Below are positions 28,670 to 38,440 of a stretch of DNA of 64,000 bases, piece after piece (within the stretch, counting starts at the first letter, position 1; every line of letters begins with the position of its first letter). This stretch comes from an uncultured Spirochaetia bacterium. GTDB taxonomy: Bacteria > Desulfobacterota_D > UBA1144 > Nemesobacterales > CSP1-2. The stretch covers positions 22,050-86,049 of the forward strand of contig CAZWVA010000002.1 in assembly GCA_964636885.1 (NCBI GenBank), given 5' to 3'. The position numbers and the translations under genes were made by a program. The notes under the pieces are model-generated. The model was not told the DNA's origin. It worked only from the letters and a program-made list of their open reading frames with translations, and ran no database searches.

Positions 28670-29413
28670 TCAGTCCAGTTTTAGTTTCTCGAGGAAGTCG
28701 TAGTCCGTGAGGTCGAGTTTTATGGGTGTTACGGATACGTATCCCTGTCTAACGGCGACTATGTCCGAATTCTCGATGTCCAAAGAGCCGAGGTCGTTTC
28801 CACCTATCCAGTAGTATTTCTTTCCTCTTGGGTCGATGTTTTCTACTATTGGCTCTCCATAGACGCGCTTTCCCTGCCTGGTAACCTTAACCCCTTTAAC
28901 CTCTTCCTTGGGAAGGTTTGGTATGTTTACGTTAAGGAGGGTGCCTTCTGGAAGCCCCCTTCTCAGAACGTATTTTGCGATCATAAGGGCATAGTGGGAG
29001 GCCGTATCGAAGTAAAAGTCCTTTTTGGTTGCAAGCGAGACCGCTATCGATGGGACTCCTAGAAGCGTTCCCTCCATGGCCGCACTCACCGTGCCCGAAT
29101 ACGTAATGTCGTCTCCTAGGTTTTCGCCTTTATTTATTCCTGAAACTATGAGATCCGGTTTTCTGTCCTTTAGGAGCCCATTTATCGCCAGGTTTATACA
29201 GTCCGTCGGAGTGCCGTCAACACTGTAGACGTTTTCAGCGATTTCTTCTATACGAAGTGGTCTATAGAGGCTAAGCGAGTGACTCACGGCGCTTTGATCC
29301 CGATCGGGAGCAACTATAAAGATCTCACCGAGCATCCTCAAGACCTCGCTAAGTGCAAAAAGCCCTGCCGAGTTTATTCCATCGTCGTTTGATATGAGGA
29401 TCCTTGCCGACAT
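28670..29413 (-). CDS. surE: 5'/3'-nucleotidase SurE.
   Basis: N-terminus 'ILISNDDGINSAGL', matching the SurE signature. Confidence 0.9.
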   Translation of the reverse strand: MSARILISNDDGINSAGLFALSEVLRMLGEIFIVAPDRDQSAVSHSLSLYRPLRIEEIAENVYSVDGTPTDCINLAINGLLKDRKPDLIVSGINKGENLGDDITYSGTVSAAMEGTLLGVPSIAVSLATKKDFYFDTASHYALMIAKYVLRRGLPEGTLLNVNIPNLPKEEVKGVKVTRQGKRVYGEPIVENIDPRGKKYYWIGGNDLGSLDIENSDIVAVRQGYVSVTPIKLDLTDYDFLEKLKLD

Positions 29414-29593
29414 GTTACTATTTGGTTACAAGAGGATATCGCTTTGCCGGAATAAAACGACCAGTGAATGTGCCTTCAGTATTCAAATCCCTTTACCAGT
29501 CCGATTTCTATAGGATGAATTTTTATTAGAGAATTTTACTTTTGTGTTCTTCTCTGTCAATTCACTGGCCGATCTCTACGTCGACATTAAAAA

Positions 29594-29669
29594 TGGTCGG
29601 GGTGACCGGACTCGAACCGGTGACCCCCGGCCCCCCATGCCGGTGCGCTACCAACTGCGCCACACCCCG
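29594..29669 (-). tRNA. tRNA-Pro (anticodon GGG).
   Basis: Minus strand reads CGGGGUG-UG-GCGCAGUUGGUAGCGC-A-CCGGC-AUGGGGG-GCCGG-GGGUC-ACCGGUUCGAGUCCGGU-CACCCCG-A-CCA. Cloverleaf with anticodon GGG and encoded CCA. Confidence 0.85.
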
Positions 29670-29711
29670 TTTCGTTTGTATGGTTTATGGGGAGAGGTAA
29701 ATGCAAGTCCG

Positions 29712-30068
29712 TTACTTTATACTCGCACTAATAGATTTTAACTCATTTAGGATTTCATGCAACAGCTCGTTTACCTTTGTACTCACGCGTTTCTTGTTCA
29801 TCTCTTCCTTGAGTTTCTTCTTGGCCCCCGCTATTGTGAAGCTCTGTTCGTAAAGCATGTGCTTGATCTTCATGATAGTATGGATCGTTTCCCTGTCGTA
29901 GAGCCTTTGGGATTTCCTCCTTATAGGTGTGATCTCCTGGAATTCACTTTCCCAATACCTTAGCACGTAGGGTTTTACCCCTGTAAATTCACTAACCTCT
30001 CCAATTCTAAAGTATATTTTATCGGGAAGCTTGATCTCTTCTGCTCTTTCGTCGAGCATAGAATACAA
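29712..30068 (-). CDS. MerR-family transcriptional regulator.
   Basis: N-terminal HTH 'YFRIGEVSEFTGVKPYVLRYWESEF' and a C-terminal coiled coil. Divergent from the GNAT cluster. Confidence 0.8.
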   Translation of the reverse strand: MYSMLDERAEEIKLPDKIYFRIGEVSEFTGVKPYVLRYWESEFQEITPIRRKSQRLYDRETIHTIMKIKHMLYEQSFTIAGAKKKLKEEMNKKRVSTKVNELLHEILNELKSISASIK

Positions 30069-30561
30069 GCTAGAATAAATCTAAAAAAAAGTCAAGGCCG
30101 ATTGCGTTCACCGGTTTCGTGTATCAGGGGCTCGTTAACCTGGCGAGTTCAGAGTTTAGTTCCTCCACGCGTTTTTCCAGATCACTATAGGCCTTTCGGA
30201 GTCCTTTCTCGACCTGCCTGAGCTCTTCGACCTGTTTTTTAGTTCCATGTCGTCCGGGATGTCCATTTAGTTGGCTATGTCATTTGGATTTTTTACGGAT
30301 TCTAGCATGATGGATCTCCGTAATTCATTTTTATTATTGAATAATTCGCAAGTTCTATGCCATGGTTTTTATAGGAGGTTATAAATCAGAGGCGCCTTTC
30401 CATTCTCCAAATTTGCCTGTGTGGGATATTATTTCTTAGAAATGACGATTTGGGACGGTCGCCGTCTTTTCTTCCGATCCTTAATGGAGGGAAGAGGAAA
30501 TAACCTCTGGAGTGATCCATAGGACTTGTATCGATTAAAAATCGCATCCAGAAAAAATCTA

Positions 30562-30590
30562 TTGACTTCATTTATTAAAGTTAATAAAAT
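30562..30590 (+). promoter_or_regulatory. Candidate sigma70-type promoter for the GNAT / AIR-synthase-like cluster.
   Basis: TTGACT, a 17-bp spacer, then TAAAAT. About 35 nt upstream of the GNAT start. Confidence 0.5.
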
Positions 30591-30623
30591 GTGAAATATA
30601 GTAGATGAAATCCTCTGCGGGGT

Positions 30624-31079
30624 GTGGGAATGTCGGAGTTTGTCTTTAAGATCGCCGAAACCGAGGAGGAATTAGAAGAGTACTTTCGTCTTCGACATGA
30701 GGTTTTTGTTAGAGAGCAGAGGATATTTCCCGAAACCGATGTGGATGAATACGACAAAGACGCCATACACATAATCGCTATAGAGGGGGCAAGCGGAAAG
30801 GTGGTGGGCGGGGTCAGGTGTTACAGGAAAGATGGGGACACCTGGTTTGGCAGTCGTCTTAGTGCTGATCCCGGTTATCGCAATGGAAGAGTCGGATCGA
30901 ATCTCGTAAGATTCGCTGTAAAAACGGTAAAGTCCAGGGGCTGTAAAACGTTCCTTGCGTATATACAGCCTCAGAACGTAAAGTTCTTCGAGAGGCTGGG
31001 CTGGAAGGCCATAGGGGATCAGGTTATATATCACGGCCTTCCCCATCAGCTTATGGAAGCCGATCTGGAATCGGGCTAA
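30624..31079 (+). CDS. GNAT N-acetyltransferase, MSMEG_0567/Sll0786 'nitrogen-starvation' family-like.
   Basis: GNAT fold. Its position directly upstream of a sll0787-type AIR-synthase-like gene supports the family call. GTG at 30624 or ATG at 30630. Confidence 0.65.
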   Translation: MGMSEFVFKIAETEEELEEYFRLRHEVFVREQRIFPETDVDEYDKDAIHIIAIEGASGKVVGGVRCYRKDGDTWFGSRLSADPGYRNGRVGSNLVRFAVKTVKSRGCKTFLAYIQPQNVKFFERLGWKAIGDQVIYHGLPHQLMEADLESG

Positions 31080-31165
31080 AGCGATGCGCCGAGGTTCCGA
31101 GTCAGGGTTTTGTTTAAGACCCTCTCTTTATGTCTTGACGTCTTAATATCTATCAGGAGAAACAG

Positions 31166-32131
31166 ATGCGAGAGCTGATTTCGGCCTTACGTTCCTCTCC
31201 CCGGTTGAATCAGAAGGGAAGGCTGAAAGAGCTATGGCGCTTACTTCCCCGCGTTTGTAAGGCTGACGGGAGCGACGTGGTTCTTGGCGACGATGCCGCT
31301 GCTATTAAGGACGGGGATGGTTATCTGCTCCTTGCCGCCGAAGGCGTCTATCATCCACTTTTAAAATCGAACCCTTACCTTGCCGGCCGTACCTCGGTTC
31401 TCACAAACGTAAACGATATATACGCTATGGGTGGAAGGCCGATAGCGATTGTGGACGTGCTTTTTGCGTCTGATTCTGAAGAGTCGGGTGAGGTGCTTCG
31501 CGGGATTAGGGATAATTCATCCCGTTACGGGGTCCCGGTGGTCGGTGGGCACTTGACCGAGGAGGCTACCTCCTCTTCCCTTTCCGTCTTCATACTGGGT
31601 AGGGCTAGGAAACTGCTCTCCGGTTTTAATGCCGAGGCGGGGGATGATCTGGTTTTTATCTCCAACCTCAATGGAAGGTTCTATCCGGGGTTTAATTTCT
31701 GGGATTCCTCTAGTGGTCTCAGCGATGGGGATGTCCTAACCCATTTGGAACTCCTTCCCCAAATAGCCGAGGAGGGGCTCGCCGATGCGGCAAGGGACGT
31801 GAGCATGGCGGGACTTATAGGCTCCACATTGATGCTCCTTGAGGGCTCTGGGAAGGGGGCTGAGATCCATATAGACAGGATTCCAGCACCCTTTGAGGTT
31901 CCCCTAAAGGAGTGGCTTCTTACGTTTCCAAGCTTTGGTTTCGTCTTATCCCTAAGACCGCAAAACACCCAAAGGGTTGAGGATAGGTTCAGACGATTGG
32001 GACTTGCATGCGAGAGGATCGGTAAGGTGACCTCTGAGCCCCTCGTGTTGTTCATCAACGATAAGGGTGAAAGGGGCCTCTTTTGGGATCTTAGCTCGGA
32101 GCCTTTAATCGGGCTTGGAGAGGTTAGGTAA
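31166..32131 (+). CDS. AIR-synthase-related (PurM-like) protein, Sll0787 family-like.
   Basis: PurM-like N-domain 'VLGDDAAAIKDGDGYLLLAAEG' and the C-domain. Confidence 0.7.
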   Translation: MRELISALRSSPRLNQKGRLKELWRLLPRVCKADGSDVVLGDDAAAIKDGDGYLLLAAEGVYHPLLKSNPYLAGRTSVLTNVNDIYAMGGRPIAIVDVLFASDSEESGEVLRGIRDNSSRYGVPVVGGHLTEEATSSSLSVFILGRARKLLSGFNAEAGDDLVFISNLNGRFYPGFNFWDSSSGLSDGDVLTHLELLPQIAEEGLADAARDVSMAGLIGSTLMLLEGSGKGAEIHIDRIPAPFEVPLKEWLLTFPSFGFVLSLRPQNTQRVEDRFRRLGLACERIGKVTSEPLVLFINDKGERGLFWDLSSEPLIGLGEVR

Positions 32132-32167
32132 ATGCAATATATATATCTGCTTCGATCGGGTGGTTAA

Positions 32168-32755
32168 ATGGCTGAAGAAAAGAACCAAGTGGATAGGATC
32201 ATCCTAAAACTGGGAGAGAAGATAAAAAGGCTTCGTATAGAAAAGGGCTGGTCCCTTCAGGATCTATCGAAAAAATCGGGTATCTCTGCAGCCGGGATCC
32301 ATAAGATCGAGTCTAACGGGATAATCCCTACCATAACCACCATGATGAAGATCGCCGATGCCTTGGGAAAAAGGGTTAGCTTCTTTATAGAGGAGGAGGG
32401 AGAAGAGGAGGATGCCGTTTTTGTTCCCGCGAAGGAGCGGGAGACGATCTTCACATTCAAGAAGGGGCTTGATCTTCAGGGTATCTCCGCAAAGAAATAC
32501 GGGGATTTCATTATGACGGCGGCTTATTCTATAGTTGATGTGGGGGCATCGAGTGGGAAAAAACCCATGGTGCATCGTGGGGAGGAATTGGTCTACTGTC
32601 TTCAGGGAAAGATGGAGTTCAAGGTGAAGGGCAAAACCTATGTCTTAAACCCTGGCGATAGCCTCCATTTTAGGACACACGTAGAGCATAGCTGGAGGAA
32701 TATAGGCGATATTCAGGCAAAACTGATATGGGTGCTCGCCGTCCCTCCATCATAA
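32168..32755 (+). CDS. XRE-family HTH transcriptional regulator with a C-terminal cupin domain.
   Basis: HTH 'LRIEKGWSLQDLSKKSGISAAGIHKIESN'. C-terminal cupin (HRGEELVYCLQGKMEFKV...HFRTHVEHSW). Confidence 0.8.
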   Translation: MAEEKNQVDRIILKLGEKIKRLRIEKGWSLQDLSKKSGISAAGIHKIESNGIIPTITTMMKIADALGKRVSFFIEEEGEEEDAVFVPAKERETIFTFKKGLDLQGISAKKYGDFIMTAAYSIVDVGASSGKKPMVHRGEELVYCLQGKMEFKVKGKTYVLNPGDSLHFRTHVEHSWRNIGDIQAKLIWVLAVPPS

Positions 32756-32785
32756 GGGATTCGTGAATGTCTACTCGGCAACCGA

Positions 32786-34111
32786 GTGGTTACGGGGTTA
32801 AGTCACATGGTATCTAGAACAAAGGGAAAGGAAGTGGGTGGCTTAGAAAGGTACTTGGGTGAGCGAATCATAAGGGCTAATCGGCTTGCCATAGAAAGGA
32901 TTCTTTCCGTTGAGCCTGTCCTTGTCGATGTGGATACCGCTCTTAACGTCATCCCAGGCATGACCCCAAATACGGTGCTTCACGCAGGCCCCCCAATAGA
33001 GTGGGAGAGGATGTGCGATCCTATGAAAAGGGCCGTTAGGGGGGCTTTGATATTTGAGGGGCTAGCGGCCGACGAAGGGGAGGCTGAAAAACTGCTTCTC
33101 ATGGATAAGGTTAAACTCTCTCCAAACCATCACCATGGTTCCGTAGGCCCAATGACTGGGGTCATTTCCCCTTCTATGCCCGTGGTTGTTACGAGGGACC
33201 CGACATTCGGCAGAACGGCCTACTCCACCTTTAATGAGGGCGGGGGAAAGGTCCTATGGTTTGGAGCCTTCGGAAAAGAAACCCTGGAGCGCCTCAGGTG
33301 GATACGGGATGTGTTTGGTCCCTTAATGAAGAAGGCGATTTCAAGAACCGGGGGGATCCCGATCTGGAATATACTGGCCCAGGGGATTCAGATGGGAGAT
33401 GAGTGTCATAACCGTCATGCGGCTTCTACGAACCTCTTCCTCAAGGGAATGGTAGAGCCCCTTTTTTCTTTGGATTCGTCGAAGGATGCCGTCCTTCAAG
33501 CCTATCGCTTTATAGCCGGAAACAGCCACTTTTTTCTTAACATCACAATGACGGCATGCAAACTCGCAATGGACGCCGCACGCTATATAGAGGACTCTAC
33601 CGTTGTGACTGCCATGTCCCGAAACGGAACAGATTTCGGGATACGTGTTAGCGGTCTTGGGGATAGCTGGTTTATAGCCCCTTCTCCCTATCTCCTTGAT
33701 GCCCTCTATAACCCGGGATACGGTCCCGACGACGGTGCGCCCGATATAGGGGATAGCTCTATTATCGAGACCATGGGGCTCGGCGGGTTTGCCATCGCCT
33801 CTGCCCCTGCCATGGCCTCATTTGCCGGAGGGGGTTTCCAGGAGGCCGTGGGTATCACGAAGCGGATGGAGCTAATAACCATCGCTAAGAATCCTAAGTT
33901 CGGAATTCCCGTTCTGGACTTTGAAGGAACCCCATTGGGGATCGATGTGCGCAGGGTCGTTGAAACGGGGATCCTCCCAAGTATAAACAGCGCTGTGATT
34001 CATAAGAGCTCGGGGGCTGGACAGATTGGAGCCGGGATTGTGAGGGCTCCCTATGAGTGCTTTAAAAAGGCCATCATGGCCTTTGGTAAGAGGTATAAGC
34101 TGGTGGCTTAA
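32786..34111 (+). CDS. DUF1116-domain protein (YlbE/AllG-like, FdrA partner subunit).
   Basis: A 441-aa protein resembling the E. coli YlbE family (conserved NHHHGSVGPMTG region). Immediately upstream of the fdrA-like gene. Confidence 0.6.
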   Translation: MVTGLSHMVSRTKGKEVGGLERYLGERIIRANRLAIERILSVEPVLVDVDTALNVIPGMTPNTVLHAGPPIEWERMCDPMKRAVRGALIFEGLAADEGEAEKLLLMDKVKLSPNHHHGSVGPMTGVISPSMPVVVTRDPTFGRTAYSTFNEGGGKVLWFGAFGKETLERLRWIRDVFGPLMKKAISRTGGIPIWNILAQGIQMGDECHNRHAASTNLFLKGMVEPLFSLDSSKDAVLQAYRFIAGNSHFFLNITMTACKLAMDAARYIEDSTVVTAMSRNGTDFGIRVSGLGDSWFIAPSPYLLDALYNPGYGPDDGAPDIGDSSIIETMGLGGFAIASAPAMASFAGGGFQEAVGITKRMELITIAKNPKFGIPVLDFEGTPLGIDVRRVVETGILPSINSAVIHKSSGAGQIGAGIVRAPYECFKKAIMAFGKRYKLVA

Positions 34112-34142
34112 TGCCACTTCGGACATTAGAAGGGGAAGGGAA

Positions 34143-35732
34143 TTGCCAGTAATAAGCACAGTCAAGAAGAACCACTACCAGGATTCCATGAAGCTCATGC
34201 AGATAAGCCAGAGGCTTAGTGCGCTTCCCGGTATAAGAAAGGCCTCGGCCATCATGGCGACAGAGGCCAATCTAAGGATGCTTAAGGAATCCGGATTAAT
34301 CGGCGAACCCCCGGACTCGGTGAGCGCAAACGATCTCATAGTGGCCATTGAGGCTGAATCCGAGAGCGCCGCAAGGGGGGCGATTGAGAGGCTGGACTCC
34401 CTCCTTACCCCTCCACGGACCGAGGTTATTGGAAAAGCGGAATATAGGAGCCTTGATTCAGCTCATTCGGCTCTTCCTCAGGCAAACCTCTTGGTGGTTT
34501 CCCTTCCCGGTCAGTACGCGAAGATCGAGGTGGCAAAGGCGATTGAGAGAGGACTCCATACGTTTCTCTTCAGCGATAACCTGACTGTGGAGGAGGAGAT
34601 AGAACTAAAGGAAAGGGCAAGGGAAAGAGGGCTTCTCGTCATGGGGCCTGGGTGCGGCACCGCGATAATAAACGGAGTAGGGCTTGGGTTTGCAAACGTT
34701 GTGAGAAGGGGACCGATCGGGGTTATTGCGGCTGCTGGAACCGGGATGCAGGAGGTTACAACCCTAATCCACAATATGGGCTCAGGGATCTCCCATGCGA
34801 TTGGACTCGGTGGGAGAGACCTATCGGAAAGGGTAGGCGGCATTATGGCGATGGAGGCGATAAGGATGCTCGAGAGGGATGAGAGCACCGAGGTTCTCCT
34901 TCTAGTTTCTAAGCCGCCTTCAGAAAGGATAGCGAAGACGGTGATTGACCTCATTCGTGATTATGGAAAACCCGCCGTCATCTGCTTTCTCGGAGAGGGG
35001 ATTCGGAGGAAAGAGGAGGGCTCAAGGATCCGTTTTTCATCCACCCTCGAGGGGGCGGCTCTTGAGGCCTTAAAATTCATAAGGGACTCTATAGGGATTC
35101 CCGATAAAAGGGGTCTTCTGGACTCCCGCTTGAGAAGGAGGGCCGAGGGGTTTATTAAATCCCTGGATCCAAAACAGCGTTACCTTCGTGGGTTGTTCTC
35201 CGGGGGTACCCTCTGCTACGAGGCCCAGCAGGTGCTTACCCCGATCTTGGGAAGGGTTTATTCAAACGCCCCCCTTCATAGAGAAAACAAGCTGGATGAT
35301 TCAAATCGGAGTAAGGGTCATACGTGTATTGACCTTGGTGAGGAAGAATTCACCGTGGGGCGTCCTCATCCTATGATGGATTCCACTCTAAGGAGCGAGA
35401 GACTCCTGAGGGAGGCGTCTTATCCGGGCACGGCCGTAATACTCTTTGACGTGGTTCTCGGATACGTGGCGAGTCCAGACCCAGCCGGTGACCTCCTCCC
35501 TGCGATTAAGGAAGCAAAAAGGATAGCGAGGAGTAAGGGACGTACCCTGGCTTTTGTGGCCCACGTCTGCGGGACGGAAGGGGACCCCCAGGGCTTAAGA
35601 TCGCAAGAAGAGAAACTTAGAAAGGCGGGGGTTTTGGTTTTTCCCACAAACGCCCTAGCCTCTAGGGTCGCAGGTTGGATTACGACAAGGGGTAAAAAGG
35701 GACTGGAGACCTTAAGGCAGGGCATACAATAG
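34143..35732 (+). CDS. fdrA: FdrA-family protein (succinyl-CoA-synthetase-like CoA-binding/ligase fold; AllF-like).
   Basis: N-terminus 'VKKNHYQDSMKLMQISQRLSALPGIRKASAIMATEANLRML' parallels E. coli FdrA. Proposed TTG start at 34143 with RBS 'gaaggggaaggg'. The ORF-track start at 34053 would overlap the upstream gene. Confidence 0.7.
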   Translation: MPVISTVKKNHYQDSMKLMQISQRLSALPGIRKASAIMATEANLRMLKESGLIGEPPDSVSANDLIVAIEAESESAARGAIERLDSLLTPPRTEVIGKAEYRSLDSAHSALPQANLLVVSLPGQYAKIEVAKAIERGLHTFLFSDNLTVEEEIELKERARERGLLVMGPGCGTAIINGVGLGFANVVRRGPIGVIAAAGTGMQEVTTLIHNMGSGISHAIGLGGRDLSERVGGIMAMEAIRMLERDESTEVLLLVSKPPSERIAKTVIDLIRDYGKPAVICFLGEGIRRKEEGSRIRFSSTLEGAALEALKFIRDSIGIPDKRGLLDSRLRRRAEGFIKSLDPKQRYLRGLFSGGTLCYEAQQVLTPILGRVYSNAPLHRENKLDDSNRSKGHTCIDLGEEEFTVGRPHPMMDSTLRSERLLREASYPGTAVILFDVVLGYVASPDPAGDLLPAIKEAKRIARSKGRTLAFVAHVCGTEGDPQGLRSQEEKLRKAGVLVFPTNALASRVAGWITTRGKKGLETLRQGIQ

Positions 35733-35751
35733 GGGTTAATGGAGAAATCGG

Positions 35752-36690
35752 ATGAAGGTGGCCGTGGTAGCGTTTGGTGGAAATGCCCTCATGGATTTTA
35801 GCGGCAAGAGCAGTTACGCCGAACAGGTGATGAAGGCCGAAAAGATGTGTAAAGAGATATTGAGTCTATTTGAACTCGGCTATGCCGTCATAATCACTCA
35901 CGGAAACGGTCCACAGGTCGGCAATCTCCTCATGCAACAGGAGTGTTTAGCTGGTTCCATTCCGCCTATGCCACTCGATGTCTGTGATGCGATGACACAG
36001 GGACAGATGGGTTATATGATAGAGCAGACGCTGAGAAACGCATTTACTAAGAATAGCATGAAGAAACCAGTCGTCTCTATCGTTACACAGGTGGTTGTTT
36101 CTGAGAACGACCCTGCCTTTAGGAATCCCACGAAGTTTATCGGCCCGTTCTTTAGTAAGGAGGAAAGCGAGTCGCTTAGGAGGGAAAGGGGATGGCAGAT
36201 GAAGGAGGATTCTGGAAGGGGTTGGAGGCGCGTTGTGCCGTCCCCAAGGCCGGTTGATATAGTTGAAAGAGACGAGATTGAGGAGATGGTAAAGAGGGAT
36301 TTTGTCGTAATAGCATGCGGGGGCGGAGGGATCCCGGTTCTTCAAGATAAGAAGGGAAGGCTTAAAGGTGTTGCCGCCGTAATCGATAAGGACTTTGCGG
36401 CCGAAAGGCTTGCAAGCCTTATAGGCGCGGAGATGCTCCTCTTAATCACATCTGTAAGTCAGGTATCCATCTTCTACGGGACCCCAAAGCAGAGGAGCAT
36501 AGAGAAGATGACGCTTAAGGAAGCCGAGAGGTATAGGGACGAAGGGCACTTTCCGCCTGGGAGTATGGGGCCCAAGATCGAAGCCGCTATTAAGTTTCTC
36601 CATTCGGGCGGCAAGAGAACGATCATAACCTCCTTAGAAAACATAAAAGCGGCGATAAGGGGGGAGGGTGGGACGGAGATAGTGCCATGA
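35752..36690 (+). CDS. arcC: Carbamate kinase.
   Basis: N-terminus 'KVAVVAFGGNALM...ITHGNGPQVGNLLM', matching the carbamate kinase signature. 312 aa. Confidence 0.85.
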   Translation: MKVAVVAFGGNALMDFSGKSSYAEQVMKAEKMCKEILSLFELGYAVIITHGNGPQVGNLLMQQECLAGSIPPMPLDVCDAMTQGQMGYMIEQTLRNAFTKNSMKKPVVSIVTQVVVSENDPAFRNPTKFIGPFFSKEESESLRRERGWQMKEDSGRGWRRVVPSPRPVDIVERDEIEEMVKRDFVVIACGGGGIPVLQDKKGRLKGVAAVIDKDFAAERLASLIGAEMLLLITSVSQVSIFYGTPKQRSIEKMTLKEAERYRDEGHFPPGSMGPKIEAAIKFLHSGGKRTIITSLENIKAAIRGEGGTEIVP

Positions 36691-36969
36691 TTAAAATGCG
36701 CGTAGAAAAGAGACAGGTGTTTGTTTCCGGTGCTTCGTGCTTAGGTATTAAGCATGAGTCATATGGGATTTCAAAAAAAATCGCTCTTTTTTATGTCTTA
36801 GGAGGGTCTTTGGATTGGTATGTTCTTTGCAAACGGGATATGAGGGAAGCGAAATGAAGGAATCGAAAGGCGGTGATTTAATAGATTGCTCTTTATTTGT
36901 TTTTATATTAAGATGGAGGATGCTAAAGCCCGGATTAAGAAATCCCATATAAAAGGAGGTGAAAGAGAG

Positions 36970-37815
36970 ATGAAGATAAATAGAAAGGTGTTTGATGCCC
37001 ATAGCCATATAGGCGAACTCCCCGCATACAGGTTCTATGACCTCAAGGAACCCGTAAAGCCGACGGTGATTGAGTATCCATCTTCAAAGGAATATCTGAA
37101 GCACATGGATGAATACGGTGTGGACAGGGCGATGGTCATATCCAATTACGGGGTTCCCGATTCGGGACAGCCGTTTACCCTAAACCCACTTGTAATCGAT
37201 AGCGTCCACAAGGCGGACAGACTCGTTGGCGCCATCTGGGTTTCTGGTATGGCAAAGGATAAAGAGCGAACGGAGGAGGCGCTAAGGCACGTAAAGGAAA
37301 AGGGGATAGTGGCATTAAAGGCTACGTGTCTCCTTGGAGGGACCTATAAGCCCAGCGAGTGGGACGAGACGACAAGGGGGATATGGGAGGGCATAGTGAA
37401 GGCGGCTGAGGAGAATAACCTCGTTCTACATATTCACACAAGCCCAGGAGGCGGTTCCGATGTGGGAAACGCATTCGAGTTTGTGAAGGAATATGGAAAA
37501 CGGATTAAGATCCATATAGTTCATATGGGAGGGGGTGTTAGTGGTCATATAAGGCTCGTTCCCAGGTTCATAGAACTCATTCAAGACGGTTATCAGGTCT
37601 ATACGGATACCACATGGGCTATCGGTTTTGGTTCTAGATGGTTGCTCTATGAGATTGAACGTACTGGTATAGGCACGGATAACGTGCTCTTTGCCTCTGA
37701 TACGCCCTGGGGGGATTTTCCGTCTGAGTACTGGAAGGTTGAGGGGGCAAAGATCTCGGAGGAGTTAAAGAACAAGATCTTCTGGGAAAACGCCCAGAGG
37801 CTTTATTCCAGATAG
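36970..37815 (+). CDS. Amidohydrolase-2 family (TIM-barrel metal-dependent hydrolase).
   Basis: N-terminal 'FDAHSHI' metal-binding motif with later His/Asp residues (HIHTSPGG; FASDTPW). RBS 'aaaaggaggtg' before the ATG at 36970. The ORF track opens at 36886. Confidence 0.7.
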   Translation: MKINRKVFDAHSHIGELPAYRFYDLKEPVKPTVIEYPSSKEYLKHMDEYGVDRAMVISNYGVPDSGQPFTLNPLVIDSVHKADRLVGAIWVSGMAKDKERTEEALRHVKEKGIVALKATCLLGGTYKPSEWDETTRGIWEGIVKAAEENNLVLHIHTSPGGGSDVGNAFEFVKEYGKRIKIHIVHMGGGVSGHIRLVPRFIELIQDGYQVYTDTTWAIGFGSRWLLYEIERTGIGTDNVLFASDTPWGDFPSEYWKVEGAKISEELKNKIFWENAQRLYSR

Positions 37816-37842
37816 AAATCCAAAGAAAGGAGGTAATAAAAG

Positions 37843-38334
37843 ATGGCGGTAGATAGGGTAAAAGGAGAGAGACCACAGAAGGGAAAGGCGATTGTCAATT
37901 ATGAGGAGAAGTTATTTCCCGATTATAAAGCGAATCCGGGAGAAAAGGCTCTATTCCTCGTCCACACGGTCCCGTATGAGGGCTCTGTGGCAGGTATAAA
38001 TATGCTTACGGCTATAAGGTGTAAGAGGAAGGGCTATGATACGAGCGTTCTTTTCTACGGCCCAGCCTCGGCCATACCTGTATACAGGGGCTGGCCCAAT
38101 ATAGGAGACGACGCATATGGCGCCGGGATACAGCTCTACCCCAATCTCGTTGAGAGGATGCTAAAGGAGGGAATAAAGGTCTATGCATGTCGCTTTTCAG
38201 CTGCCTGCCTTATAGGTGTGAGGGAAGAAGACATGCTGGAGGGTGTGACACCAATACATCCTACTGATATTCTAGATATAGTGATCGAACACCATAGGGC
38301 CGGTGCAATGATATTTAGTACGTGGACTGTGTAG
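37843..38334 (+). CDS. DsrE/DsrF-like protein, or MSMEG_0572/Sll0783 nitrogen-starvation family-like protein.
   Basis: 163 aa. Rossmann-like fold 'KALFLVHTVPYEGSVAGINMLTAIRCKRKGYDTSVLFYGPAS'. The family call rests on size and context and is tentative. Confidence 0.4.
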   Translation: MAVDRVKGERPQKGKAIVNYEEKLFPDYKANPGEKALFLVHTVPYEGSVAGINMLTAIRCKRKGYDTSVLFYGPASAIPVYRGWPNIGDDAYGAGIQLYPNLVERMLKEGIKVYACRFSAACLIGVREEDMLEGVTPIHPTDILDIVIEHHRAGAMIFSTWTV

Positions 38335-38440
38335 TACTTAAGGATTAGTTTAGATTAACTCCCTGTGGTCTAAAGAAACGGACCGCTTGGTTTAGAGCTG
38401 TCACTGGGATTTCGGATGTACCGATTGCGGTCTTGCGATT

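Noticed and set aside
30140-30250. Minus-strand coiled-coil peptide fragment (KKQVEELRQVEKGLRKAYSDLEKRVEELNSELARL) between merR and the GNAT gene.
   Set aside because: No start codon or RBS in frame and fewer than 40 codons. It may be a gene remnant but cannot be supported as a feature.
34348-34954. Alternative-frame ORFs inside fdrA, including a 147-aa antisense ORF and an Arg-rich plus-frame ORF.
   Set aside because: They are embedded in a gene with strong homology support, and their composition is the biased product of an off-frame GC-rich segment.
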